Assembly (NCBI GenBank): GCA_964416685.1
Contig: CAYQFN010000001.1
Coordinates: 1-35,045 of the forward strand
Direction of reading: 5' to 3'
DNA length: 35,045 bases
From: an uncultured Thermotogae bacterium
Lineage (GTDB): Bacteria; Bipolaricaulota; Bipolaricaulia; UBA7950; UBA9294
Made by a program: the position numbers and the translations under genes. Of the stretch, positions 22,919 through 32,713 are shown in pieces. The first letter of the stretch is position 1. Every line of letters starts with the position of its first letter. The notes beneath the pieces are model-generated. The model ran no database searches and was not told where the DNA came from. It saw only the letters and a program-made list of their open reading frames with translations.

Positions 22919-24240
22919 CAGTTGATCTTCTCCCTCACCCGACCGCTCAGGTAATCAAGGAACCAGACAACCACGACGATGACGGCGATTACAGCCGCTA
23001 CTTGATTCCAAGCATTGTCAATGCGCCCCACCTGTCCCTTGTAGTAGAAGAGCAGGCGTCCAATCCCTCCTCCTCCGACAAGAGAGATGACCGTGGCCAT
23101 ACGCAGGTTAATGTCCCAGCGATACAGGGTAAATGCAAGGAAGGAGGGAACTACTTGAGGAATGACGCCGTACATGATTACCTGCCAGCGTCGCGCCCCG
23201 CTGGAGGCTATCGCCTCCAGAGGACCGGGATCGATCCCTTCCACCTGCTCAGAGTACAGCTTGCCCAATGCCGCGATCGTGTGCACTGCAAGGGCCAATA
23301 CACCTGCGAACGGACCGAACCCTACCCAGATGGCAAAGACAATCCCCCACAACAGTGATTCGATCGAGCGCACAACGTTGAAGAACCCGCGCATTATCCA
23401 GTAGATCGCCCAGCCCAGCGGACTGAATCCCATCATGTTTCGTGCGCCTAAGAAGCTTAAGGGGAATGCAATAATTCCTCCTAATGCTGTTGCCAAGAGG
23501 GCCATAAAAAGGGATTGAAGGAGGCCAGCGAATATCGATGCCGGTAGATCAGGATTGGCGTTGACTGCAAGTTCTGGGTCTGGGGTGAACATGTGTGTAA
23601 AATCGGGTGTCACCAGGGCCTTCCACATATAGGCACTCCTGGGAGCACGCTCAATCAACGCGGAGATGCTAATCTGGGTGACCAACCAGCCAACCCAGAC
23701 GGTTAGAACGATGAGAAAGATTGCCACTGCCCCACGGTATGTCTTGTACCACGAACGCGGGGCGACAACCGGCATCTCTTCCTTCACGTCCTTGACCCGG
23801 AACATCCCGGTGCTGCTCATCTTGTCGTGCAGAAGCTTGTTCTTCCGATCGGAGCTGAACAGGGTAACGGGCAATGAGAGTAGAGAAATGTGCCACCACA
23901 GATATCGGCGCAGGCGCTGGGCGCGCGTTGGATACTGATAGTCTTGCGTTAACACCCTTAATCCGAATAGGCTCAGTCCAATGCTCTGCGCAAAGGCGTG
24001 GCCAATAGCAGCTAACTCGAGCGTGCCCAGGATGACAATTGGCCAACCCCAACTGGGCACGGTGAGGCGACCGTAGAAGTGAATCTCCGTGTACCAATAA
24101 CGATTAAGAAGGAAGACAATTTCATAAGCGATGAAGCCCCACAGGGCCCAGTCCACGAAGAACGCCCCAAACCTCGTCTTCAGTGCGCCAAAACGAGTGA
24201 GACGTTTACCGGACTTCAACTTGCTCGGCTTCGTCGCCAT
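22918..24240 (-). CDS. phnE: Phosphonate-type ABC transporter permease PhnE with an N-terminal RDD-like membrane domain
   Basis: 440 aa. PhnE core (PLSFLGARNMM...RSIESLLWGIVFAIWVGFGPFAGVLALAVHTIAALGKLYSEQVEGIDPGPLEAIASSGA...YRWDINLRMATVISLVGGGGIG). The N-terminus has TRFGAFFVDWALWG and SIGLSLFGLRVL (RDD-like). ATG 24240 lies 35 nt inside the end of phnC. Confidence 0.8.
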   Translation of the reverse strand: MATKPSKLKSGKRLTRFGALKTRFGAFFVDWALWGFIAYEIVFLLNRYWYTEIHFYGRLTVPSWGWPIVILGTLELAAIGHAFAQSIGLSLFGLRVLTQDYQYPTRAQRLRRYLWWHISLLSLPVTLFSSDRKNKLLHDKMSSTGMFRVKDVKEEMPVVAPRSWYKTYRGAVAIFLIVLTVWVGWLVTQISISALIERAPRSAYMWKALVTPDFTHMFTPDPELAVNANPDLPASIFAGLLQSLFMALLATALGGIIAFPLSFLGARNMMGFSPLGWAIYWIMRGFFNVVRSIESLLWGIVFAIWVGFGPFAGVLALAVHTIAALGKLYSEQVEGIDPGPLEAIASSGARRWQVIMYGVIPQVVPSFLAFTLYRWDINLRMATVISLVGGGGIGRLLFYYKGQVGRIDNAWNQVAAVIAVIVVVVWFLDYLSGRVREKIN

Positions 24241-24976
24241 AGATCTCCTTGAAGCGCGCCTCGTCGATCTCGGAGGGAAGTCCCTCGAACACGATCTCGC
24301 CGTCTTTCAAAGCCAGAATGCGTGTGCCGTATCTTCGGGCCAGCGATAGGAAATGCAAGCTGGTGATGACGGTAACACCATCCTCCTGGTTCATCTGCTC
24401 TAGGTACTTCATCACCGAGTGCGATGTTGCCGGATCGAGAGCGGAGACCGGCTCATCGGCCATAAGCAAGTCAGGTTCTTGCATTAGTGCACGCGCGATT
24501 CCCACGCGCTGTTGCTGCCCACCGGAAAGCTCATCGGCACGCTTGTACGCCTGATCCGTAATTCCCACTCGCTCAAGATTCTTGAACGCCATCTCGATGT
24601 CCTCGCGAGGAAACTTATGGATTGCCGAGAGCCATGGGCTGACATAACCGAGCCGGCCAGCAAGGACATTGGTTAACACCGACGAGCGTTTGACCAGATT
24701 GAACTGCTGAAAGATCATCCCCATCTTGCGCCTGATGCGCAGAAGCTCCCGCGACGAGGCCGCGGTCACATCGATTCCTTCAAAGAGAATCTTCCCAGCT
24801 GTCGGCTCGATCAACCGGTTGATGCACCGAAGAAGCGTCGACTTTCCCGAACCGGAAAGACCGATTACGACCAGAAATTCGCCCTTCTTGACGGTGAAAC
24901 TGATATCGTTCAGTGCTCGCACCTCGCCACGCGCGTACACCTTGGATAGATGCTCAATAACAAGTTGTTCGGCCAT
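24206..24976 (-). CDS. phnC: Phosphonate-type ABC transporter ATP-binding protein PhnC
   Basis: 256 aa. GLSGSGKSTLLRCINRLIEPTAGKI, LSGGQQQRVGIARAL, LLMADEPVSALDP. The overall pattern is typical of PhnC. Confidence 0.85.
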   Translation of the reverse strand: MAEQLVIEHLSKVYARGEVRALNDISFTVKKGEFLVVIGLSGSGKSTLLRCINRLIEPTAGKILFEGIDVTAASSRELLRIRRKMGMIFQQFNLVKRSSVLTNVLAGRLGYVSPWLSAIHKFPREDIEMAFKNLERVGITDQAYKRADELSGGQQQRVGIARALMQEPDLLMADEPVSALDPATSHSVMKYLEQMNQEDGVTVITSLHFLSLARRYGTRILALKDGEIVFEGLPSEIDEARFKEIYGDEAEQVEVR

Positions 24977-24988
24977 ATCCTAGTCCTT

Positions 24989-25020
24989 AAAAAAAGAATG
25001 GGAGGGGATTCTCCCCTCCC
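24989..25020 (-). terminator. Intrinsic terminator/attenuator between phnD and phnC
   Basis: Perfect hairpin GGGAGGGGA-TTC-TCCCCTCCC (25000-25020). On the minus strand it is followed by ATTCTTTTTTT (the A-run at 24989-24995 on plus). Confidence 0.7.
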
Positions 25021-25058
25021 ATAAGTTTATTCGGCTAAACCCTGAATCACAAGCTAGT

Positions 25059-26060
25059 CTAGCGTTCCGGAATGGGCAGACCAAGGATCGTGCGGTATCC
25101 GTCGTAGAACGAGTCGTCGATCTCAGCTACTGAATCCCACTCGTAGAAGTTCGAATCGCCCCACAGAGCCTTCATCGTGTCGTCCTGGAACTGAGCCTCA
25201 ACGGCGGCGACGATCTTGTCCGCGACATCCTTAGGGAAGTCCGGACCGAATGCCATGCAGTCGTTAGGGATCGGTCCAATTGTGTCAACGACACTGATGT
25301 CCGTGAGAACGGTGTCCTCATCGTAGGTCTTGTGCACTGCATGACGCAGGTCAACACACCTGCCGCGCAGGCCATCACGGAAGAGCTGGTTGTTGTAGCG
25401 GTCCCAGATCCACAGCTCGGGGTCGTCGCCGTACTTCCACTGCAGGCTGCAACCAGCGGGAGGCACAGGAGGGGAACCATAACCGGTGCAGAAGTCGCCC
25501 TGTCCTTCGATGAGCGCGACCATGGAGTTAGTGTGTCCACCGCTCTCCACGATGTTACTGAACGTGATCCCTTCTCTCTTGAAGACCATGTTTGGGAAGA
25601 CATACCCGGATGTGGAACCGGTGTCGTTGTAGATCCAGACCTTGCCCTGTAGATCAGCGAGCGACTTGATGCCGGAATCGCGACGTGCATAGATGCTGGC
25701 GAAGTAGTACGGATATCCGTAGCGCACCGAACCGAGTCGCGGACTGACGTTTCCGTTTGTCCGGTCGTATATACGGATGTACTGATCGGTCGTTGGAATG
25801 CCGAACGTGTCGCCCTCGGAGGCGGCGAACGCCTCGATCATTGCCGTATAGTCAGCCTGTAGGCTGGCTACCACATAAAGTCCTGTCCTGTTGTAGATAT
25901 CCTCGGCAATCTTCTCCCCGATCGCCTGTACGGTCGCTCCCTCTGTGGATGGAACGAGGAGCATGTAGATTGGGTGAGCCTTCGTCCCAATCTCCTGTGC
26001 AAAGCCCAGAATTCCTAGCGCCAAAACGGCCACTAGGGCCAATACTGCAATCCTCCGCAT
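25059..26060 (-). CDS. phnD: PhnD-family phosphonate/phosphite/phosphate ABC substrate-binding protein
   Basis: 333 aa. Signal peptide MRRIAVLALVAVLALGILGFA without a lipobox Cys. HPIYMLLVPS...ADYTAMIEAFAASEGD...GSTSGYVFP is PhnD-like. GGAGGTGG RBS. First gene of the phn cluster. Confidence 0.75.
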   Translation of the reverse strand: MRRIAVLALVAVLALGILGFAQEIGTKAHPIYMLLVPSTEGATVQAIGEKIAEDIYNRTGLYVVASLQADYTAMIEAFAASEGDTFGIPTTDQYIRIYDRTNGNVSPRLGSVRYGYPYYFASIYARRDSGIKSLADLQGKVWIYNDTGSTSGYVFPNMVFKREGITFSNIVESGGHTNSMVALIEGQGDFCTGYGSPPVPPAGCSLQWKYGDDPELWIWDRYNNQLFRDGLRGRCVDLRHAVHKTYDEDTVLTDISVVDTIGPIPNDCMAFGPDFPKDVADKIVAAVEAQFQDDTMKALWGDSNFYEWDSVAEIDDSFYDGYRTILGLPIPER

Positions 26061-26206
26061 ACTGCCACCTCCTATAGGTTTAGAGCACCCTCCAGAGGAT
26101 AAGTGCCACTCCTTTTTCTGTGTACGTGTGACACCTCCTCTGACCTTTTACTACTACCGTTATCATAGGATTTCCCGTTCGACAAGTCAACTCTGGAGCC
26201 AGCCAA

Positions 26207-27100
26207 CTACTCGCGTTTGTAGGGCTTGCCGAGCGCTTTTGGAAAACGCACCCGCCCGATCGCTCCGGCCACAACAAGGAGTGTAACGATGTAGGGGAGC
26301 ATCTCCACAAATTGCCATGGAATCGGCTTGGACGGCAGTGTCTTGATCCACGTGGCCAGGCTCTGGAAGAAACCGAAAATCAATCCACCGAGTAGGGCGA
26401 GGAGCGGATTCAATCCGCTAAAGACGACCGTCGCCAACGCGATGAATCCTCTTCCTGCAGAGATATCCTTGGTCACTGAACCGAACCAGGCGATGCTCAT
26501 GTACGCTCCGCCGAGCCCTGCGAGCACGCCGCCGAATGTGGTTGCCAGGAGGCGGACAAGGTTAACGTTGATCCCGGCGACATCTGCCGCCTCAGGGTTC
26601 TCACCCGCTGCCTTCAGAATTAGGCCGGCGCGTGTCCGTTTAAGGAACCAGTAGACAATGAACGGTATGACTAAGGCCACGAAGATAATCGGACTAAGTG
26701 CGCCGATCGGCGTCTGTAACTTGGGAATCTGTGCCGCTTTACTGACGGCATGGAACCCTGGAGCACCGAGCTTGATCAGCCCGAAGGCAACAAATCCGGC
26801 TCCAAACAGGTTAATTCCAATGCCGGCGATCATTTGATCGCCCTTCCAGTACGTGGTAATCACTGAGAAGATAAGGCTAATTAACGCACCAACGAGCATT
26901 CCAGCGAATAATCCTGCGATTGGTCCTCCAGCCTCCGCCCCAAGCGCCCCGGCGAGTGCACTAACAAGGATGATGCCTTCAAGGCCGATGTTGAACAGCC
27001 CGGCCGTTTCACCAATGACCTCACCGACTGCTGTCAGGGTGATTGGGACCATAGCGTGAAGTGAAATACGAAGCAGATCAAGTAGAAAGCCCCAATTCAT
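26207..27100 (-). CDS. ABC transporter permease, BMP-associated (NupQ/YufQ/RnsD-like)
   Basis: 297-aa polytopic protein. TAVGEVIGETAGLFNIGLEGIIL is typical of this permease family. ATGA overlap with the upstream permease gene (27097-27100). Confidence 0.82.
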   Translation of the reverse strand: MNWGFLLDLLRISLHAMVPITLTAVGEVIGETAGLFNIGLEGIILVSALAGALGAEAGGPIAGLFAGMLVGALISLIFSVITTYWKGDQMIAGIGINLFGAGFVAFGLIKLGAPGFHAVSKAAQIPKLQTPIGALSPIIFVALVIPFIVYWFLKRTRAGLILKAAGENPEAADVAGINVNLVRLLATTFGGVLAGLGGAYMSIAWFGSVTKDISAGRGFIALATVVFSGLNPLLALLGGLIFGFFQSLATWIKTLPSKPIPWQFVEMLPYIVTLLVVAGAIGRVRFPKALGKPYKRE

Positions 27101-28221
27101 GCCGATCGCCTCCTAAACATGCCCCTCAGATTACTCCATGATGAGCGTGCCACGCGGAATATCCGGATCAGTTCAGGGATGGCCATGGTAAGGACAATCA
27201 CTCCCTCGACGACGCGCACCATCTCCAGAGGTACGCCGGCGGTGAACTGCATCATCCGTCCTCCCGCGGTGAGGCCGCCGAAGAAGAGTGCCGCAATGAG
27301 GATCCCTATCGGGTGATTGCGCCCAACCATGGCCACAGCCATTCCATCGAAGCCAGCGTTCAGCAACTGCGGCATCCCGCTGATGATTGCGTACGTTGGC
27401 GGGTTGCCCATAACGATCGTTGCCCCGGCAAGGCCGGCGCTAAACCCTCCAAGGATGAACGCCAAAAACATCGTTCGCTTGCTCTTTATTCCGCCATAAC
27501 GAGCCGCAGATGGATTCAACCCAGCAGCACGGACCTCGTAGCCGGTCACTGTGTGCCAGAGAAGGAAGTAGATAATGATCGCGAACACTACCGCTGCAAG
27601 AATTGACCATGATAGATCAGTTCCCCGTATTAGAATCGGGAAACGAGCGCTCTTCGGAATGCTTATCGTCTTCTCTCCGCGCATTGGATCAACAAGGACG
27701 AAGGCAACCATGTAGAACGTGAGGAAGCGAGCGATCCAGTTGAACATAATCGTCGAGATAACCTCGTTCACTCCACGAGTTATCTTGAGAATCGCCGGTC
27801 CCAAGCTCCAGATAGCACCGGCAAACATGGCGAAGATCAGGCCTACGATTAAGTGCAGGCCGGTCGGCAAGGTAAAGTATCCCACCATCACCGCCGCTAC
27901 TGCACCGATGTACACCTGCCCCTCTGCTCCGATATTGGTCATACCCGCACGCACACCGATGGAGAATGTAAGTGCTGTTAAGATGAGCGGCACGGCGCGC
28001 GCGGCTGAACTGGCCCATCCGTAGGTATCCCCATACGCCCCTTGTAGCAGAGCACTATATGCCTTCCACGGGTTGTATCCCCAGATGAGCATCAAAATCG
28101 CTCCAACGAGCAGACCGACCACGGCAGCAAGCAATGACTCTATTACTGGATTAAGCCCGGTTAGTGTGCGATGAACGATCTTCTCCTTCTGGGGCACGGT
28201 TCCTGTTGACTCTTGGCTCAT
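27097..28221 (-). CDS. ABC transporter permease, BMP-associated (NupP/YufP/RnsC-like)
   Basis: 374-aa polytopic protein with FSIGVRAGMTNIGAEGQVYIGA. ATGA overlap with the ATPase gene (28218-28221). Confidence 0.82.
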   Translation of the reverse strand: MSQESTGTVPQKEKIVHRTLTGLNPVIESLLAAVVGLLVGAILMLIWGYNPWKAYSALLQGAYGDTYGWASSAARAVPLILTALTFSIGVRAGMTNIGAEGQVYIGAVAAVMVGYFTLPTGLHLIVGLIFAMFAGAIWSLGPAILKITRGVNEVISTIMFNWIARFLTFYMVAFVLVDPMRGEKTISIPKSARFPILIRGTDLSWSILAAVVFAIIIYFLLWHTVTGYEVRAAGLNPSAARYGGIKSKRTMFLAFILGGFSAGLAGATIVMGNPPTYAIISGMPQLLNAGFDGMAVAMVGRNHPIGILIAALFFGGLTAGGRMMQFTAGVPLEMVRVVEGVIVLTMAIPELIRIFRVARSSWSNLRGMFRRRSA

Positions 28222-29828
28222 GCTGCCCCCTCTTTAACAGGTACTCCGCCCATCAGCATACCGATCGCCTCACGATCGAGATCCTTGGGCGAAGCAATTG
28301 TCATAAATCTTCCTTCGTACATGATAGCAACCCGATCGGAGAGTGCCAGAACCTCATCGAGATCCGCGGACACTAGTAGTATAGCGCGTCCCTTGTTTCT
28401 CATCTCCACCAGCAGATCACGAATGTACTGAGCGGCTCCGATGTCAAGACCGCGCGTCGGTTGAGAAGCAACTATTATTTGCGGATCCTTGGCTAGCTCT
28501 CGTCCTACGATTAGTTTCTGTTGATTCCCTCCCGACAGGCTCTTTGCCGGAGCGCTCGGCCCCGTGGCTCTGATGTCGAATCGATCCATTAGTTCTCGCA
28601 CGTGTTGGTTGACCTTTCGCCAGCGCAGAAAGGACATCGGGCCCCTGAACTCATCCCAGCGCTGTACTCCGAGGATCGCGTTCTCTGCCAGGGTGAACGG
28701 GAGGACGAGGCCAAGGCGCCAGCGGTCCTCGGGGATGTGGGCGACGCCGAGCATGTAGATCTCGCGCGGATCGAGGCCGAGAATGTTCTTCCCCTTTATC
28801 GACGCCTCCCCTGACTTGGCCAAACGCAGGCCGGTCAGCGCCTCAACCAACTCCGACTGTCCGTTACCTTCCACACCGGCGACGCCGAAGATCTCCCCGC
28901 CGTAGACCTCGAACGAGAGGTTATCTACCGCCACTTCGCCCGTATTCCCCTTGACCGTGAGGCCCTTGACCTCGAGGACAGGGCGTTCAGTCCGAACGGA
29001 CGCCCTCTCCTGCTTTGCCGTTGGCAGCCCCTTATCCTGCAACTCCACAGCGTTTCCCGCCTCATTGAGAGCCTTTCCGACCATCAACTGCGCCAGCTGC
29101 TCTTTCGACGCTTGATCTGTTGGCACATCACCAACCATCTCTCCATGCCGCAATACGACAACTCGATCGGTGACCGAACCAACCTCTTTAAGCTTATGGG
29201 TTATCAGGATGATCGATTTATCCTGTTCCTTCAGCTTGCGCAAGAGGGAGAAGAGTTCGTCAACTTCCAGTGGTGTCAACACCGACGTCGGTTCATCCAG
29301 GATCAGCAGATCGATGTCGCGAGAGAGGACCTTTAGGATCTCCACGCGCTGCTGCTCCCCGACAGCGAGCTTCTCCACCGGCACATCGAGTGGAACGCGC
29401 AGCCCGCTCTCCTTCATCAGCTGTTCCAATTTCTTCTTGGTCGCCGATAGATGTATCTGGCTGAAGGGCCTCTCGTGGCTGAGAGCGACATTCTCTGCGG
29501 CGTTGAACGTTCCAACGAGGGCGAAGTGTTGGTAAACCATCCCAATGCCGAAATTAAGCGCCTCCCGCGGGCTCTTGAAGCGCACTGGACCATGAGGTGA
29601 AATGACACGTCCCTTAGTCGGCGGCAGGAGTCCGGAGAGAATCTTCGTGAACGTCGTCTTCCCCGCTCCGTTCTCCCCCAACAGGCCGACAATCTCCCCG
29701 CGGTGGATCTCCAGGTCGGCCTCTTTCAGCGCCACTGTTCCGTTGGAGTAGACCTTGGTGATCCCTTCTGCACGCAGGTAATACTTGGGAACAGGGTTGT
29801 CTTTCGTTGAGTTATTGCTGTCTGTCAT
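28218..29828 (-). CDS. Double-cassette ABC ATPase of a BMP-family (nucleoside/simple sugar type) importer
   Basis: 536 aa. Walker A GENGAGKTT, signature VGEQQRVEILKVL, Walker B LLILDEPTSVL. The second cassette has GVEGNGQSEL, LSGGNQQKLIVGREL and a degenerate Walker B. Confidence 0.88.
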   Translation of the reverse strand: MTDSNNSTKDNPVPKYYLRAEGITKVYSNGTVALKEADLEIHRGEIVGLLGENGAGKTTFTKILSGLLPPTKGRVISPHGPVRFKSPREALNFGIGMVYQHFALVGTFNAAENVALSHERPFSQIHLSATKKKLEQLMKESGLRVPLDVPVEKLAVGEQQRVEILKVLSRDIDLLILDEPTSVLTPLEVDELFSLLRKLKEQDKSIILITHKLKEVGSVTDRVVVLRHGEMVGDVPTDQASKEQLAQLMVGKALNEAGNAVELQDKGLPTAKQERASVRTERPVLEVKGLTVKGNTGEVAVDNLSFEVYGGEIFGVAGVEGNGQSELVEALTGLRLAKSGEASIKGKNILGLDPREIYMLGVAHIPEDRWRLGLVLPFTLAENAILGVQRWDEFRGPMSFLRWRKVNQHVRELMDRFDIRATGPSAPAKSLSGGNQQKLIVGRELAKDPQIIVASQPTRGLDIGAAQYIRDLLVEMRNKGRAILLVSADLDEVLALSDRVAIMYEGRFMTIASPKDLDREAIGMLMGGVPVKEGAA

Positions 29829-29850
29829 GAACTACTCCTGAGGTGGCTAT

Positions 29851-29895
29851 AGTAAGGAGAAAGAAGGGAAGGGAGGAGAGCATCCTCCCTTTCCC
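29851..29895 (-). terminator. Hairpin attenuator/terminator after the BMP binding-protein gene
   Basis: On the minus strand, GGGAAAGGGAGGA-tgctc-TCCTCCCTTCCC is followed by TTCTTTCTCCTT. It lies between the binding-protein stop (29922) and the ATPase start (29828). Confidence 0.45.
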
Positions 29896-29921
29896 CATCG
29901 TAGTCAACGCTTGTTCAAGCT

Positions 29922-31091
29922 CTACGGCGCACCGAGAGTGTACTCCGCTCGAACGGCAGCCATCTCGTCACTGGTATTCGCAGTCGGGACAACGATGTCA
30001 CCGGAGAGGATACCGGCTTCTAGCTCATCAATAGCGTTCCAGATGTAGGCAGGAACCGTAGCCCGGTCCTGTGCCCAGTTAGCGATGATGTTGTAAAAAT
30101 CGTCGGACTTAACGGCTCCACCGGCGATACCAAAGTCGATAAAGTCAGCTAACTGCGACAGGCCACTGATGGCTACCCCATTTTCCTTCAGACCGAGGCT
30201 GACGATACCGCCCTGGAACGTTCCATCGAGGACGCTCTTAACAGCGCTGTAGCAGGCGTTATCAACCCTTTTCATACCGCTGGCAAGAGCGTGATAACCG
30301 TTACCCATCCAGTCCTGATCGGAATCGACACCAAAGTAGTACGGAGCACCGAAGGTTGTACCAGCATTGGTATGTGCCTCAGAGATCGCTTGTAGGTCGC
30401 CGACACCGAGCGGACCGGCGACGTTATACACACCAACAGCACCCTGAGCGAGCATCGCCTCTGTAGCGGCCTTGCCCTGAGCGATGTCACTGAACGTCCC
30501 CGTGTATGTGTACAGAAGGCCTACATCAGCGGTCTTTCCCGTTACTTCCGCATACTTCTTCAGTCCCCAATCCATTCCAAAACGGAATCCCGCTTCAAAG
30601 TGATATAGGGTAGGAATCTCGATGCCGAGAACTATCCCAGCGTACTTGTAGTCATTCTCAGCCGCGGCCATCGCTGCCAAGGCACCGATAAGCGCGGACT
30701 GCTCGTTCTCGCGGAAGACGATGCTCATCACGTTCGGCGCATCAACGACAGAGTCAATGATGGCGAACTTCTGATTCGGGAACTCTTCAGCGGCTGCGGT
30801 CAACGCATCACCGAGAAGGAAACCGATACAGAGAATGAGATCATAGTCTCCGGTGCGGGCCATGTTTCTTAGATTAGGCAGATAGTCAGCTGCGGTTGAA
30901 CTCTGCGCAACATCCATCTCCAGACCGAAGTCCTTTGCCGCCTGATCGGTTCCCTTGAAGCCCATGTCATTGAACGAGAGGTCTCCCCGTCCACCGACGT
31001 CGAGCACGATACCGACCTTTTTTGCATTCGCCAGTCCAGCAAGGGAAATCCCCAGCACAAGAACCAGCAATAGGACCAATACTTTCTTCAC
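29922..31091 (-). CDS. BMP-family (Med/PnrA/NupN-like) ABC substrate-binding protein
   Basis: 389 aa from GTG 31091, which follows GGAGG with a 6-nt spacer. Signal peptide VKKVLVLLLVLVLGISLAGLANA without a lipobox Cys. VGIVLDVGGRGDLSFNDMGFKG and FAIIDSVVD are typical of the BMP family. Confidence 0.85.
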   Translation of the reverse strand: MKKVLVLLLVLVLGISLAGLANAKKVGIVLDVGGRGDLSFNDMGFKGTDQAAKDFGLEMDVAQSSTAADYLPNLRNMARTGDYDLILCIGFLLGDALTAAAEEFPNQKFAIIDSVVDAPNVMSIVFRENEQSALIGALAAMAAAENDYKYAGIVLGIEIPTLYHFEAGFRFGMDWGLKKYAEVTGKTADVGLLYTYTGTFSDIAQGKAATEAMLAQGAVGVYNVAGPLGVGDLQAISEAHTNAGTTFGAPYYFGVDSDQDWMGNGYHALASGMKRVDNACYSAVKSVLDGTFQGGIVSLGLKENGVAISGLSQLADFIDFGIAGGAVKSDDFYNIIANWAQDRATVPAYIWNAIDELEAGILSGDIVVPTANTSDEMAAVRAEYTLGAP

Positions 31092-31250
31092 GAATGCCTC
31101 CTTTTCTCTTTTGCGGTGTCGGACCGTCCAACACCGTGTCCACAATTATTATTCTACACCGCAATCCTAGCAAAAACAAAACTATACGCATGGGGCCGCG
31201 CTATTTCAGCCTGTTGCTCGGCGTGATTGGTAGATTTGTGAGCGAGGTGA

Positions 31251-32342
31251 ATGTTGTGTAACCTTCTCTCCGCAATGACAGGTATCAGTTGGCTGGACTA
31301 TTCGTTGATGGGCAATGAGGCGTGGCGCTACGGAGCGGTCATCCTTATCTTTCTTGCTTCTTTCCTTCTGTATCGCCTTGCACGCGCCCTTTCAACGCGG
31401 GCGAAGGCGCGCACAAACGAGAAGAGCAGTCGTCAAGCAACAATCGCAGCAGCTCTCAGCCTTCTCCGCGGAGGCCTCCCTATTCTCTCCATTTGGATTT
31501 CCATTCGCTTGTTTCGCATTCCAGAATCGGTGAAGGTAATCATAGATCGCCTTTTCTTAGCAATCTTCACCCTGTTAATTATCTATTTGCTTGCCAAAGC
31601 GGTAGATACAATGGTCGCTATTCTCAAAAAACGCGCGGAAAAGACACCATCCTCCCTTGACGACCAGCTTGTCCCTCTCGCAGGAAAAGTGACTAAAGGC
31701 CTCATATGGGGGATCGGGCTTCTTCTCTTCTTCCAAAATGTCCTTGGCTACAACGTCTCCGGCCTGATAGCAGGCCTAGGGGTAGGCGGAGTGGCGGTTG
31801 CGTTCGCTGCGCAGGACATGATCGCCAACATCTTCGGCGCAGTGATGATTTTCGTTGATCGCCCGTTCAACGTGGGAGATGCAATAAGCATGGAGGGATA
31901 TGAGGGGGCGATCGAGACGATCGGCCTGCGCTCCACGCGCGTGCGCACCTGGGATGGTACACTTGTTGTGATACCGAACAGAACTGTCGCCTCCGCCAAC
32001 ATTACCAACCTTGCCGCTCGCCCCACCCGCCGCACGAACTTCACTATCGGCCTTGTCTACGATACATCGACGGAAAAGCTCGAACGCGCCCTCTCTATAC
32101 TGCGCAAGATCCTGTCCGAGCACCCGTCGACCGCACAATCACGTGCCTACTTCAACCGCTTCGGCGACTTCTCGCTCAACATTCTTGTGCAGCACTGGTG
32201 CAAGGAGATGGACTACGAGGTCTACCTGCGCGCACTAGAGGAGATGAACCTGGAGATAAAAAGGCAGTTTGAGAAAGAGGGAATCGAGTTCGCCTTCCCA
32301 ACCCAGACGATCGAGATAAAGGATACTCGCATCACCAAGTGA
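31251..32342 (+). CDS. Mechanosensitive ion channel, MscS family
   Basis: 363 aa. Pore and beta-domain motif GLGVGGVAVAFAAQDMIANIFGAVMIFVDRPFNVGDAI...GAIETIGLRSTRVRTWDGTLVVIPN. Confidence 0.88.
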   Translation: MLCNLLSAMTGISWLDYSLMGNEAWRYGAVILIFLASFLLYRLARALSTRAKARTNEKSSRQATIAAALSLLRGGLPILSIWISIRLFRIPESVKVIIDRLFLAIFTLLIIYLLAKAVDTMVAILKKRAEKTPSSLDDQLVPLAGKVTKGLIWGIGLLLFFQNVLGYNVSGLIAGLGVGGVAVAFAAQDMIANIFGAVMIFVDRPFNVGDAISMEGYEGAIETIGLRSTRVRTWDGTLVVIPNRTVASANITNLAARPTRRTNFTIGLVYDTSTEKLERALSILRKILSEHPSTAQSRAYFNRFGDFSLNILVQHWCKEMDYEVYLRALEEMNLEIKRQFEKEGIEFAFPTQTIEIKDTRITK

Positions 32343-32441
32343 CAACTGAGCGTAATGGTCATGCCTGTTCACAATCTGTTGTAAGTGTGACAGAGATATT
32401 TGCAATTGATTATTGTAAATTCACTATTTTACTGACTAGCT

Positions 32442-32477
32442 ATTCGTGTAACTTACATGATTCGTGGCATTCGTGAT
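32442..32477 (+). repeat. Array 1 of phased 9-bp ATTCGYG units
   Basis: ATTCGTGTA ACTTACATG ATTCGTGGC ATTCGTGAT, starting at 32442, 32451, 32460 and 32469. It is preceded by four 7-nt ATT-phased units (ATTGATT ATTGTAA ATTCACT ATTTTAC, 32405-32432). Confidence 0.7.
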
Positions 32478-32535
32478 TATCCGTTGCCAGCCTACCCAAG
32501 TGGACTTACCAGTAGCGCCATTTTGTACTTGACAT

Positions 32536-32562
32536 CGCGAATTACGCGAATCACACGAATGA
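32536..32562 (-). repeat. Array 2 of phased 9-bp ATTCGYG units (inverted orientation)
   Basis: The plus strand reads CGCGAATTA CGCGAATCA CACGAATGA (32536, 32545, 32554). This is the reverse complement of TCATTCGTG TGATTCGCG TAATTCGCG. Confidence 0.7.
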
Positions 32563-32713
32563 GACCGTGGGTAATCCCTGCTCGTCTCATTGGTCTGGCT
32601 CAGCATAAGCTGTCCCTGGGTTAGAGAGGGATACCTAGTTAATACGTACACTTGATCATCGAAGGCACTGTAGGCATGTTCAGACTTTCACGCTCTGTGT
32701 TTCCATTGAAGAT

